A stretch of 64,000 nt of DNA. Source: Candidatus Latescibacterota bacterium (GTDB lineage: Bacteria; Latescibacterota; UBA2968; GCA-2709665). Location of the stretch: NCBI GenBank assembly GCA_963667175.2, contig CAXXXF010000018.1, forward strand, positions 128,001 through 192,000, read 5' to 3'. Below, one piece after another: positions 19,095 to 27,815 of the stretch (positions within the stretch are counted from its first letter, which is position 1; each line of letters begins with the position of its first letter). The notes beneath the pieces were generated by a model. It had not been told where the DNA came from and ran no database searches. It saw only the letters and a program-made list of their open reading frames with translations. The translations under genes and the position numbers were made by a program.

Positions 19095-20225
19095 ATGAAA
19101 ATTGCACGAATCACCGCCCATCGGCTCAGGGAATGTGAAATCAGTATGGAGAAGTGGACGCATTTCACGAAGTGGAAGGCGAGCGAGGACTGGATCGAGG
19201 ACGAAGACTTCGGCAAGAAGTGGATTTCGCCGACGTGTGTGTGCTACAACCCGACCGACGGCCTGGTCTACGTCGGGCTGACCGCGCTGGACAGGGATAT
19301 CTTCTATACATTCGACCCGCGTACCCACGCCTGGGAATCCCTCAACTATCCCGGCGAGCGGGACCGGTACGGCAGCAAGATCCACCAGGGCCTCGAGGTG
19401 GACGACCAGGGCCGCGTGTACGCGGGGGTCGCCACGCTGGGCGACGCCGATATCTGGCCGAAAGCCGCGGGCGGTCCGATTTTCAGGTATGATCCACGGA
19501 CCGGCGAGTACGAGTTTCTGTGCGTCCCGATCGAGCGCGACTACGTCCAGGGGTTCGTGATGGACCGTAGCCGAGGCATTATCTACGGCGATACGTTTCC
19601 AGGGAGAAAGATGTTTCGGTACGATATCGGAAGCGACAGTGCGCGCGTACTGACCATGCTGGGCGACGTATCCACCGAACATCTGGCGCTTGACGCGGAC
19701 GGCGGCGCCTGGCATACGTACGAACTGATGCAGTGGGCCGGGCGGTATCCGCTCCTGCGCTACGATCCCGACCGGGACGAGATCGATTTCACGAACGTGG
19801 ACCTGCCGGACGTATCGCCCGGAATCAAGGGGTCCAATCAGATGGATACGGCGTTGCTGACGGAGGACGGGACGCTGTACATCGGCACGTCCGCCGGGGC
19901 GCTGGCGCAACTGGACCACCGGGGCCCGGAAGTGAACGCGACGTATCTTGGAAAACCCTACGTCGCACCGCGCATGAAGGGACTGGTCGAGGGTCCGGAC
20001 GGGCTGATCTACGGCGTCAGCGGCGGAGACTACGACACGCACTTCTTCACGTACGACCGCGGGACAGGGTTGTTCGACAACCTGGGTCCCATTCAGGATT
20101 CGCAGGACGGAACGCGGTGCTGGCTGGCGCACCATATGTGCATGGTGGACGCGAAGACGTTCATCGTGGCGGAATCGGACAACCACTTCCGCGCGAGTTT
20201 CCTCTTCAAGGTGGAGCTGGATTAG
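19095..20225 (+). CDS. Beta-propeller protein of unknown function
   Basis: Repeated GLVYVG/GRVYAG/GTLYIG/GLIYGV and F[RT]YDP motifs; AAGGGG RBS and ATG 19095 (the 5' extension in the ORF track overlaps the cyclase gene). Confidence 0.7.
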   Translation: MKIARITAHRLRECEISMEKWTHFTKWKASEDWIEDEDFGKKWISPTCVCYNPTDGLVYVGLTALDRDIFYTFDPRTHAWESLNYPGERDRYGSKIHQGLEVDDQGRVYAGVATLGDADIWPKAAGGPIFRYDPRTGEYEFLCVPIERDYVQGFVMDRSRGIIYGDTFPGRKMFRYDIGSDSARVLTMLGDVSTEHLALDADGGAWHTYELMQWAGRYPLLRYDPDRDEIDFTNVDLPDVSPGIKGSNQMDTALLTEDGTLYIGTSAGALAQLDHRGPEVNATYLGKPYVAPRMKGLVEGPDGLIYGVSGGDYDTHFFTYDRGTGLFDNLGPIQDSQDGTRCWLAHHMCMVDAKTFIVAESDNHFRASFLFKVELD

Positions 20226-20245
20226 CTGCGGATCAAGGGAACCGT

Positions 20246-20806
20246 ATGGCCCTGATAGCGATCGGCGGATTCCCGGGCGCCGGAAAGACGACGATTTGCC
20301 GCAGACTCTCAGATGAGTTCAATCTGCCCCGCCTGAGTGCGGATACAATCGGCCGCGCAATAACAGAGTCCAAGGGCCTCCCGGACAGTGGCGCCGACGC
20401 ATTCCGGGTTGCATACGACGTCCTCTTCCGCCTGTGCGAGGAGTTTGTCCAGTCCTCGGCGCCAGTGATTCTCGATCTCACCCTCGGATGGGCCTTCCAC
20501 TGGCGGCGACTTGACGAGATTCTCTGCCGGCATCCCCGTACCTTGTTTCTTCCCGTCATCCTTCGGTGTCCACACGAACAGTGTATCGAACGAATCCGGA
20601 CGAGATACAAGGCGATGCCGGACGTCTACGCGGAACCCGATTACTATACCGGTGAGCAGAAGGTACGGGATATCTGGAATTATCTGGAGTCCATCGATCG
20701 ACCGGAGGTCCGTTTCGTGGATGCCGGCGGCGAGGAGGATCAGGTGTATGAGAAAGTCAAACAGTACGTTACGGTTCGGATGAAGAAGCCTGTCGGGAAG
20801 CCTTGA
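20246..20806 (+). CDS. P-loop small-molecule kinase (AAA_33-like)
   Basis: LIAIGGFPGAGKTT Walker A; VILD Walker B; ERIRTR lid. Confidence 0.75.
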   Translation: MALIAIGGFPGAGKTTICRRLSDEFNLPRLSADTIGRAITESKGLPDSGADAFRVAYDVLFRLCEEFVQSSAPVILDLTLGWAFHWRRLDEILCRHPRTLFLPVILRCPHEQCIERIRTRYKAMPDVYAEPDYYTGEQKVRDIWNYLESIDRPEVRFVDAGGEEDQVYEKVKQYVTVRMKKPVGKP

Positions 20807-20956
20807 ACGTCGTCCGATCGCTGCCGCCCATGTTCAGGTCCGTTGAGGCGCCGGGGGGCAAGCCTGGCGCCCGGAGATACACCCGGCGAGTTCCGGGCCC
20901 GCCGGCCATAGTCCATACACGGGCCGCCGGCCGTACTTTGGAAAATCCGCTGTCGT

Positions 20957-22033
20957 TCAGACGATTTTCGGCTCCTCGATCGCGAGTTCTCCCGTCGCGC
21001 CCGTTTCGTACTCCTCGAAAGGATCGAAGTCGTCGAGCGTGCGCGCTTCCACCTGTATCCCGGCCGTCAGGCCAATATTGAAAAGCGCGTCGCCCTCGTG
21101 TACCAGCGGCAGGTTCGTGCGTCCGATGACAACGCCGTCCGACGGTGCCCGTATTTCCATTTCGGACTCGCCGAGCGGGTCCGCGACGATCGCCAGAAGT
21201 TGTCCTTCCTTAAACTGCACACCGGCGGATCTGGTTATTCGGACCACACCGCTGACCGGGGCGCGTACCCACCTTGTGGAGCGGACGATCAACGGATCGT
21301 GTGCCGGCGCGGCGCTACGCAATGGCGGCAGCATTCCCAGTTCGCGCATCACCCGCATCACGCCCTTTACGCCCGCACGAATTCCGGCTTCGTCGAAACG
21401 CAACGCCTCGCCGGCTTCATACACGATTACCGGAACGCCCCGCTCATGCGCGGACTGCCGTAGGCTCCCGTCCCGAAACCCCGCGTTGATCACGAGCGGG
21501 ACGCCAAAAGCCTGCGCGATCCTGGCAGCCTCGGGGTCTTCGAGGTTCACGCGGACCTGCGGATAGTTGCTTCGATGCACCGCCCCGGTGTGAAGATCGA
21601 TTCCGTGCGTCGAGCCCTCGACGATTTCATTTAGGAACTGCCTGGCGAGACGGGCGGCGAGAGAGCCTCGTGTCAATCCGGGAAAGGATCGATTGAGGTC
21701 TCGCCGGTCGGGCAGATAACGGCTGAGATTGAGAAACCCCGGAACGTTGACGATCGGCACAACGACAAGCGCCCCGCGGAGTCGTCTCAGCGCGCTCAAT
21801 TTCACGATGCGGCGGATGACTTCCACGCCGTTGAGTTCGTCGCCGTGCAGCGCTGCCGCCACAAACAACCTCGGCCCGTCGCGCCGTCCGTTGATGACGT
21901 GGACCTGCATGGTCAGGGGAACGCGGGTTGAAAGGTCGGTAATCGGCAGGTCAATTCGGATCCGCGTGCCGGGATCGCACGTCTGCCCGCCAATGCGTAC
22001 GACCCGCGATAGACCAGCTGTTCGCGCGCTCAT
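20957..22033 (-). CDS. Succinylglutamate desuccinylase/aspartoacylase (M14) family protein
   Basis: ALHGDELNG, DLNRSFPG, IDLHTG and YEAGE motifs; C-terminal biotinyl-like domain. Confidence 0.9.
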   Translation of the reverse strand: MSARTAGLSRVVRIGGQTCDPGTRIRIDLPITDLSTRVPLTMQVHVINGRRDGPRLFVAAALHGDELNGVEVIRRIVKLSALRRLRGALVVVPIVNVPGFLNLSRYLPDRRDLNRSFPGLTRGSLAARLARQFLNEIVEGSTHGIDLHTGAVHRSNYPQVRVNLEDPEAARIAQAFGVPLVINAGFRDGSLRQSAHERGVPVIVYEAGEALRFDEAGIRAGVKGVMRVMRELGMLPPLRSAAPAHDPLIVRSTRWVRAPVSGVVRITRSAGVQFKEGQLLAIVADPLGESEMEIRAPSDGVVIGRTNLPLVHEGDALFNIGLTAGIQVEARTLDDFDPFEEYETGATGELAIEEPKIV

Positions 22034-22036
22034 CGA

Positions 22037-22942
22037 TCATCCCCTTCCCCGGGTCCTGGTCTTCTTCGGTTTGGCATGGGTCTCGATGAATGAGATAATC
22101 CGCCCCGCAATGTCCAGCCCGGTCGCTTTTTCGATGCCTTCGAGCCCCGGCGTCGAGTTGACCTCCATCAACACGGGTCCGTGATTCGAACGCAGGAGAT
22201 CGACGCCCGCGACGTTCAGGCCCATCACTTTGGCGGCGCGCACGGCAGTCGAGCGTTCCTCCGGCGTAATGCGGATTCGCTCGGAGGCGCCGCCTCTGTG
22301 CAGATTGGATCGGAACTCGCCGGGCGCGCCATGGCGCATCATCGCGCCGACGACTCGATTGCCTATCACAAATGCGCGAATGTCCGATCCGCCCGCCTCT
22401 TTGATGAACTCCTGTACAAGGATGTTTATCTTGGCGCCCCGGAAGGCCTCGAATACACTTTTCGCTGATGACATGGTATTGCTGAGGATCACACCGACTC
22501 CCTGAGTGCCCTCGAGCAACTTGATGACGACCGGCGGGCCGTTCACCAACTTGATCATCTCCTCAGCCTGTTTCGCGGAATTGGCGAATCCGGTAACGGG
22601 CAGGCCGATCCCCTCGCGTGAAAGGAGTTGCAGACATTGCAGTTTGTCCCTGGCGCGTCCGATGGCCACGGACTCGTTCAGCGGCCATACCCCCATCATT
22701 TCGAACTGGCGCAATACGGCGAGGCCGTAAAAGGTAATGGATGCCCCGATCCGGGGAATTACGGCATCGTAGCCGGCAAGCGATTCGCCGCGATACGATA
22801 CCTGGGGACCGTGCGCGGTGATGTTCATGTTGCACTGGGTCGTGTTGATGATGTCCAACGTATGGTCCCTGGCTTCGGCCGCTTCGACGAGACGTCTGTG
22901 ACTGTAAAGATTCGGGTTGCGCGCAAGCATGGAAAATTTCAT
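22037..22942 (-). CDS. rimK: Ribosomal protein S6 glutamate ligase / alpha-L-glutamate ligase RimK
   Basis: [40 protein letters not shown] and [15 protein letters not shown]-grasp motifs. Confidence 0.95.
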   Translation of the reverse strand: MKFSMLARNPNLYSHRRLVEAAEARDHTLDIINTTQCNMNITAHGPQVSYRGESLAGYDAVIPRIGASITFYGLAVLRQFEMMGVWPLNESVAIGRARDKLQCLQLLSREGIGLPVTGFANSAKQAEEMIKLVNGPPVVIKLLEGTQGVGVILSNTMSSAKSVFEAFRGAKINILVQEFIKEAGGSDIRAFVIGNRVVGAMMRHGAPGEFRSNLHRGGASERIRITPEERSTAVRAAKVMGLNVAGVDLLRSNHGPVLMEVNSTPGLEGIEKATGLDIAGRIISFIETHAKPKKTRTRGRG

Positions 22943-22954
22943 CCTGCCTACCTT

Positions 22955-23554
22955 TCACGTTGTTTTTCGTTTTCGCTTCTTCGCTGTCCGGCGTCTGCCG
23001 CTTCCTGGTCTTCCAGTCGTGTACGTGGCGTCCGGATCGATGATCAGGCGCCCGCGCATCGCTTCGCGTCCGATGAGCACTCGGTATCCCATCTCGTCGC
23101 GGTTGGCAAGTGTAAGTTCTATGGGCCATGATTCGCCGCCGACGGTCAGGTCCGTAGAAATGACGATGCGCCATTCGCGCGAGCCGCCCGAATTGGTCAC
23201 CCAACGGCGGTCTTCGATCCGTGCCGCACAGCGTACAACCATTTTGTTGCTGCGTTGCAAGGGATACACGCGAAACCTGACCCAGGGTTGTCCTTCTTCT
23301 TCGTAGGATTCGACGTCCCAGGCATGGAGGACCGAAGTCCTTGCGCCGGTATCGAGTTTCGCCTTTATGGAGACGATTCCAAGCGACGGAAGCGACGCCC
23401 ACTCGCACCAGCCGCAGATTCGATGGGGAGTGTTGGCCGAAGCGCCTGTATCGCTGAATTTTTCCATTAGAGTCGGGTTCCCCGGTTGGAAGTCACCGCC
23501 GTCATTCGGTTCCGCAGCGCCCTTGTCCGTACGGACTCGGTATCGGTGGTTCAT
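22955..23554 (-). CDS. Retropepsin-like putative ATP-dependent zinc protease (RimB-like); start uncertain
   Basis: GWCEW...KAKLDTGARTS...VTNSGG...ELTLANRDEMGYRVLIGR; directly upstream of rimK. Confidence 0.88.
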   Translation of the reverse strand: MNHRYRVRTDKGAAEPNDGGDFQPGNPTLMEKFSDTGASANTPHRICGWCEWASLPSLGIVSIKAKLDTGARTSVLHAWDVESYEEEGQPWVRFRVYPLQRSNKMVVRCAARIEDRRWVTNSGGSREWRIVISTDLTVGGESWPIELTLANRDEMGYRVLIGREAMRGRLIIDPDATYTTGRPGSGRRRTAKKRKRKTT

Positions 23555-23919
23555 CCGACGGATATTCTGCGCCGTTCAAGTTGGTTCTCGTTTTGCGGCG
23601 TTCTTGAGAATTCAATCGTCCCCGTTTTCATTGAGGCAGGGGTTGTTTTTCAGTGGGTTGCCTCCGTCAAGCGTTCGGCGAGGTTGAAGGCGAGGCAGCA
23701 CCGGGGGGTCTCCGCGTACCGGCGACGATCCATAGCCGTTCAGAACCACTTCCTGTTCCAGGAATAGCCCAATCCGATGTGCAGTTCGGACTTAAGCGCC
23801 AGTTTACTGACCTGGCTGTCTCGATGGAGAAAGAGGTTCGCGTTGAACGTGGCGGCCGGGTTGCCGGCCACGGACGTCTCTTCAACCGACTCGAAAGTGC
23901 GGGGTTCCGGCATCGGACG

Positions 23920-24040
23920 TCGGACGCCGGACGAACACGAACGCGTGCTGATTCTGAATACACTCGAACATACCGGCGGAAACCGGACCCATGCTGCGGA
24001 CATACCTGGCATCCTGAGGAAGCCGCCAGGGAAACCAGGC
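23920..24040 (+). pseudogene. Remnant Fis-type HTH of a sigma54-dependent regulator
   Basis: EHERVLILNTLEHTGGNRTHAADI matches the HTH_8 pattern; no upstream AAA domain. Confidence 0.55.
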
Positions 24041-24095
24041 CTCCGCGCATACGGGTCGCTGAAGGCTTCCGCTGCACGTCAAGACGGGAAGACGG

Positions 24096-24123
24096 GAGAT
24101 TCTTCGCTGCGCTCGGAATGACA
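24096..24123 (+). repeat. Single arm of a widespread palindromic intergenic repeat
   Basis: gagattcttcgctgcgctcggaatgaca resembles the GAGATTCTTCG...GAATGAC repeat arm, recognised from memory; partner arm absent. Confidence 0.45.
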
Positions 24124-24210
24124 TGCGTTGCAATGACCATTGGCAAGACAGAATCCCGCCGTTCACGAAGGGGCGACGGGAATTAATCAATCGGCGCCGG
24201 TAATTCAGTT

Positions 24211-24450
24211 TCACTTGATGATTTTGAGTCGCTTCAGGTCTTCGACCTTTTCAATAATCAAATCCGGCCCAACAGGCAGCGGCTCTCCGTGTTTCTCCAG
24301 CGAATCGAGATAGGCCCTGATTCCCTCTCTTGTTCGCCGCAGGGCTTCCTTTCTGGTTGGTGTCCGATCTTGCGAGACGGAATTCAAACCTTCTATTTCC
24401 TTGTGTAGAGAAGTGGCGTACGATTCGGGTCGGCGGACCGGGCCGGACAC
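24211..24450 (-). pseudogene. HicB-like antitoxin, probably degenerate at the 5' end; orphan
   Basis: IEGLNSVSQ..TRKEALRRTREGIRAYLDSLEKHGEPLP matches the HicB core; no hicA seen. Confidence 0.6.
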
Positions 24451-24641
24451 AAATATACCAGATGAAGGAGCGTGATGTCAATTCTCAGTTTCCCGCGATC
24501 CTTGAATCACACCTGGCCCCTTTACCCCACTGCCCCCGACGCGGGGGCGTTTCTGTTTGCCGGGAGAAAGATTAAGGGTTATTTTTATTATGACTTATTC
24601 AGCGCATCGTCGTCAATCGTCGCGATCGGAGAGCGTTTGAC

Positions 24642-25427
24642 GTGACGACCCTCGAGGCAATTCTTCTCGGACTGGTGCAGGGGCTGTCCGAATTCCTGCC
24701 GGTGAGCAGTTCCGGGCATCTCGTCCTGGGACGGGCCCTGCTGGGCATTCAGTCGGAGGACCTGGTATTCGAGGTGATCGTCCACTTCGGCACATTGCTC
24801 GCCGTGTTTACGGTTCTCGGCGGTCGGATCCGCGAGCTGGCATTTGGCTGTATACGACGGGAAGCGGCGTCCTGGCGAATGCTGCTGCTGTTGCTGGTCG
24901 GCACGGCACCTGCGGGCGCGGCGGGGTATTTCTTCGAGGATTACGTCGCATTTGCGTTTGGCAGTCCTGCTGCTGCGGCGGGATGCCTCGTCGCAACGGG
25001 AATCGTGTTGTGGAGTACCCGATTCGTTACGGGGAGTCGGGAGGAAATCGGTTTCGGCGACGCGTTGATGATCGGGTTTGCGCAGGCGCTGGCGATACTT
25101 CCCGGGATTTCGCGCTCCGGTCTGACGATCTGCGCGGGGTTGTGGCGCGGCGTTGACGGCAGGGAGGCGGCGTCTTTTTCGTTCCTGCTGTCTATTCCCG
25201 TAATTCTCGGCGCAACCGCGTTGAAAACGGGCGACCTGTTTGCCCATCCTCCGAACTGGAACGTGGGCGGGCCGCTGGTGGTGGGCCTGGCTGTGGCCTT
25301 CGCTTCCGGCGTGGTTGCGATCCGGTGGTTGTTTGCCGTGTTGAGGGGCGGCCGCCTGGACCGGTTTTCATACTATTGCTGGGCGATCGGATTTGCTGCG
25401 CTGGCGATCTTCCGGCTGCATTCGTGA
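24642..25427 (+). CDS. uppP: Undecaprenyl-diphosphate phosphatase
   Basis: LGLVQGLSEFLPVSSSGHL, HFGTLLAV, PGISRSG, FSFLLSIP. Confidence 0.95.
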   Translation: MTTLEAILLGLVQGLSEFLPVSSSGHLVLGRALLGIQSEDLVFEVIVHFGTLLAVFTVLGGRIRELAFGCIRREAASWRMLLLLLVGTAPAGAAGYFFEDYVAFAFGSPAAAAGCLVATGIVLWSTRFVTGSREEIGFGDALMIGFAQALAILPGISRSGLTICAGLWRGVDGREAASFSFLLSIPVILGATALKTGDLFAHPPNWNVGGPLVVGLAVAFASGVVAIRWLFAVLRGGRLDRFSYYCWAIGFAALAIFRLHS

Positions 25428-25438
25428 AGGGACTCCCT

Positions 25439-25834
25439 ATGCGCATTGCGATATGTATAACCACCGTGGCCGTATTGCTGGGGTGTGGAAGGAATTCAAA
25501 AGCTCTGGACGCCGAAGAGCTGTCGAATATGCTCTCCATAACGAACCTGTCCGCTCGGCCGGTGCTCAATCAGGACGATCCGCCCCTGATTGTCGCGGTG
25601 CGTATCGCGGCGGACGTGGTCCACGTTGGAGACGTTCCGGTCGACGCGCCCTTTATCCTGACCTGGCGTCTGGTGGACGATCAGAATGACACTGTGGGGC
25701 AGACCTCGAAACGACTGGAAGGAAATATGGCGCCCGGCGCCGTCCGACCCGTCACGCTGACGATTGAATTCGAGGCCAGGGAGACCGTCGCCGGGCTCCG
25801 GAACGTGGCGACGTTCGATCCGGTTTCGTCGTAA
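25439..25834 (+). CDS. Small lipoprotein, Ig-like
   Basis: MRIAICITTVAVLLGC lipobox; beta-rich mature part. Confidence 0.6.
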   Translation: MRIAICITTVAVLLGCGRNSKALDAEELSNMLSITNLSARPVLNQDDPPLIVAVRIAADVVHVGDVPVDAPFILTWRLVDDQNDTVGQTSKRLEGNMAPGAVRPVTLTIEFEARETVAGLRNVATFDPVSS

Positions 25835-25949
25835 CCCAGAATTGGCTTGATTGCCTTCGTGGAATGTGGTATTTTCCGGTCCGAATCCTCGTTCAGGGAC
25901 TTCGAATCCGGCATCGCTGCCGGGCTTTTTTTCGCCCGGAAGGGAACAG

Positions 25950-26666
25950 ATGGAACTCTATATTATCCGGCATGGGCAGTCGGCAAACAACGCGATGGCC
26001 GAAGGAGGTCAGCGGGTGTGCGATCCGCCGCTGACCGATATCGGCGAGGCCCAGGCCGACCGGCTGGCACGCTACCTGGCTGCGTCCGGAGACGGCGTCG
26101 AAGAGGTCCACGCCGCCGTGGCGCAGCAGAATTGCGCGGGTTTCGAGTTCGACCGGATTTTCTCGAGCCCGATGTTGCGCGCGATACAGACAGCGGCGCC
26201 GGTCGGGCGTGCGCTGGGAGTTCGGCCCGAAATCTGGATCGACATTCACGAAGAAGGCGGGATCTGGCTGGACGAAGGCGATGGACGAGGCGAGGTGGGG
26301 TATCCGGGTCTCACCCGCAGTGAAGTTGCCGCGCGGTTTCCGGAATTTGCAGTGCCCGAAGCGATCACGGAAGAAGGCTGGTGGAACCGTCCGCCGGAGA
26401 TCAGGGCGGAGTGGCGTGCGCGGGCGAGGAGGGTGGCCTCGGAACTGCACGGACGTTTCGCTGGCGCCGGAAGCCGGATCGCGCTGGTGTGCCACGGCGG
26501 ATTCGCCAACGACCTGCTCCATGCCGTGTTCGCCGGTATGCCGGACAGTGTTTATTTCGCAAGCCCGAATACGTCCATCAGCCGGCTGGATTTCAATGGC
26601 AAAGGCTGGGTGCAGGTCCGATACCTGGGCCGGGTGGCTCATCTCACGCCGGAACTGACGACCTGA
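25950..26666 (+). CDS. Histidine phosphatase family protein
   Basis: LYIIRHGQS, SSPMLRAIQTA, VCHGG, NTSISRL. Confidence 0.92.
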   Translation: MELYIIRHGQSANNAMAEGGQRVCDPPLTDIGEAQADRLARYLAASGDGVEEVHAAVAQQNCAGFEFDRIFSSPMLRAIQTAAPVGRALGVRPEIWIDIHEEGGIWLDEGDGRGEVGYPGLTRSEVAARFPEFAVPEAITEEGWWNRPPEIRAEWRARARRVASELHGRFAGAGSRIALVCHGGFANDLLHAVFAGMPDSVYFASPNTSISRLDFNGKGWVQVRYLGRVAHLTPELTT

Positions 26667-26730
26667 AGCAGCGGATCCGAACGTCGCATTGCAAGCTATC
26701 CAACTCCCTTTTCCATCGAGGTGTCTCGAT

Positions 26731-27738
26731 ATGGCAAGACCCGAAGTGATTCTATCCGGTTTTGCGGATGAAGGTCCCGTGAGCAAGCGGGCCGAAGAGC
26801 AGCTGACGATGATGTCCGCCCTCGGGCTCTCCTTTTACACGATCCGATTTATCGATCTTGGCAACGGTGTGAAGAACGTCATGGAGCTGTCAGACGAGGA
26901 AGTACATCGGCTCCAGGATCTCCACAACGCGTATGGCATAGGGGTCTCGAGCGTCGGCTCTCCGCTGGGCAAGGTCAAGCTGGTGGACGAGGAAGACGGT
27001 ACACAGAACCGGTACGTCCCGTTCCAAACCTATTTGCAGAATGACGTGCAACGGGCGATCGATCTGGCCCACGCCTTCGATACCAGACTGCTCCGGGGGT
27101 TCAGCTATTACCATCCCCACGGGGAGGATCCCTGGCCGTACCTGGATCGGGCGGCGGACCAGCTGGGTCAGATTGTTGAAAGATGCGCGTCTGCAGGCGT
27201 GGTCTACGGCATGGAGGTGGAGGCGGACCTGATCGGCGGTGACGGGGACACGCTGATCGCACTGTTCGAGAAAGTCAACAGTCCCTACGTGTGCATCATT
27301 CCGGACGTGGGCAACATGGAATCCAGCGGTCACAGCCCGGACAGCGCGTACGAGCACTACGTCAAGATGAAGCCGGGTGTGGGCTGGATCCATATCAAGG
27401 GGTTCAACAACCCCTCGAACCAGGCCATGCTTGATGCCGCCGGGGAGCGGGGACTGACCCGGTTCATCCCCGTGGACCGGGGCGATTCCGGACACGAGCA
27501 GGTATTGCGCGACTTCCGGGCGCTGGCGCCGGAAATCCAGGAGCGCCTGTCGCCTCTGGGCGTACCGGGGGTTTTCGTGGATCTGGAGCCGCACGTCAAG
27601 GGCGGCGGCCAATTTGGCGGCGTCAGCGGGGTGGACGGGTTCGGCGTGGCCTTCCGCAGCCTCTGCCGCCTCCTGGATTACCTGGAGTACGACTATCGTC
27701 TGACGGGCTACGAGGATATCTCCAATCCCGCGTCGTAG
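26731..27738 (+). CDS. Sugar phosphate isomerase/epimerase (xylose-isomerase-like TIM barrel)
   Basis: SGFADE, SSVGSPLGKV, YGMEVE, DVGN, WIHIKG and DLEPH motifs. Confidence 0.88.
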   Translation: MARPEVILSGFADEGPVSKRAEEQLTMMSALGLSFYTIRFIDLGNGVKNVMELSDEEVHRLQDLHNAYGIGVSSVGSPLGKVKLVDEEDGTQNRYVPFQTYLQNDVQRAIDLAHAFDTRLLRGFSYYHPHGEDPWPYLDRAADQLGQIVERCASAGVVYGMEVEADLIGGDGDTLIALFEKVNSPYVCIIPDVGNMESSGHSPDSAYEHYVKMKPGVGWIHIKGFNNPSNQAMLDAAGERGLTRFIPVDRGDSGHEQVLRDFRALAPEIQERLSPLGVPGVFVDLEPHVKGGGQFGGVSGVDGFGVAFRSLCRLLDYLEYDYRLTGYEDISNPAS

Positions 27739-27761
27739 ACATCAACGCGGCCGAATACCAC

Positions 27762-27794
27762 CAGGGGTGCAGTTGACGCGCCCCTGTTCTTTTT
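27762..27794 (+). terminator. Rho-independent terminator
   Basis: caggggtgc-loop-gcgcccctg followed by ttcttttt. Confidence 0.6.
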
Positions 27795-27815
27795 GATTTC
27801 CAGGCCGAGGTCTCA

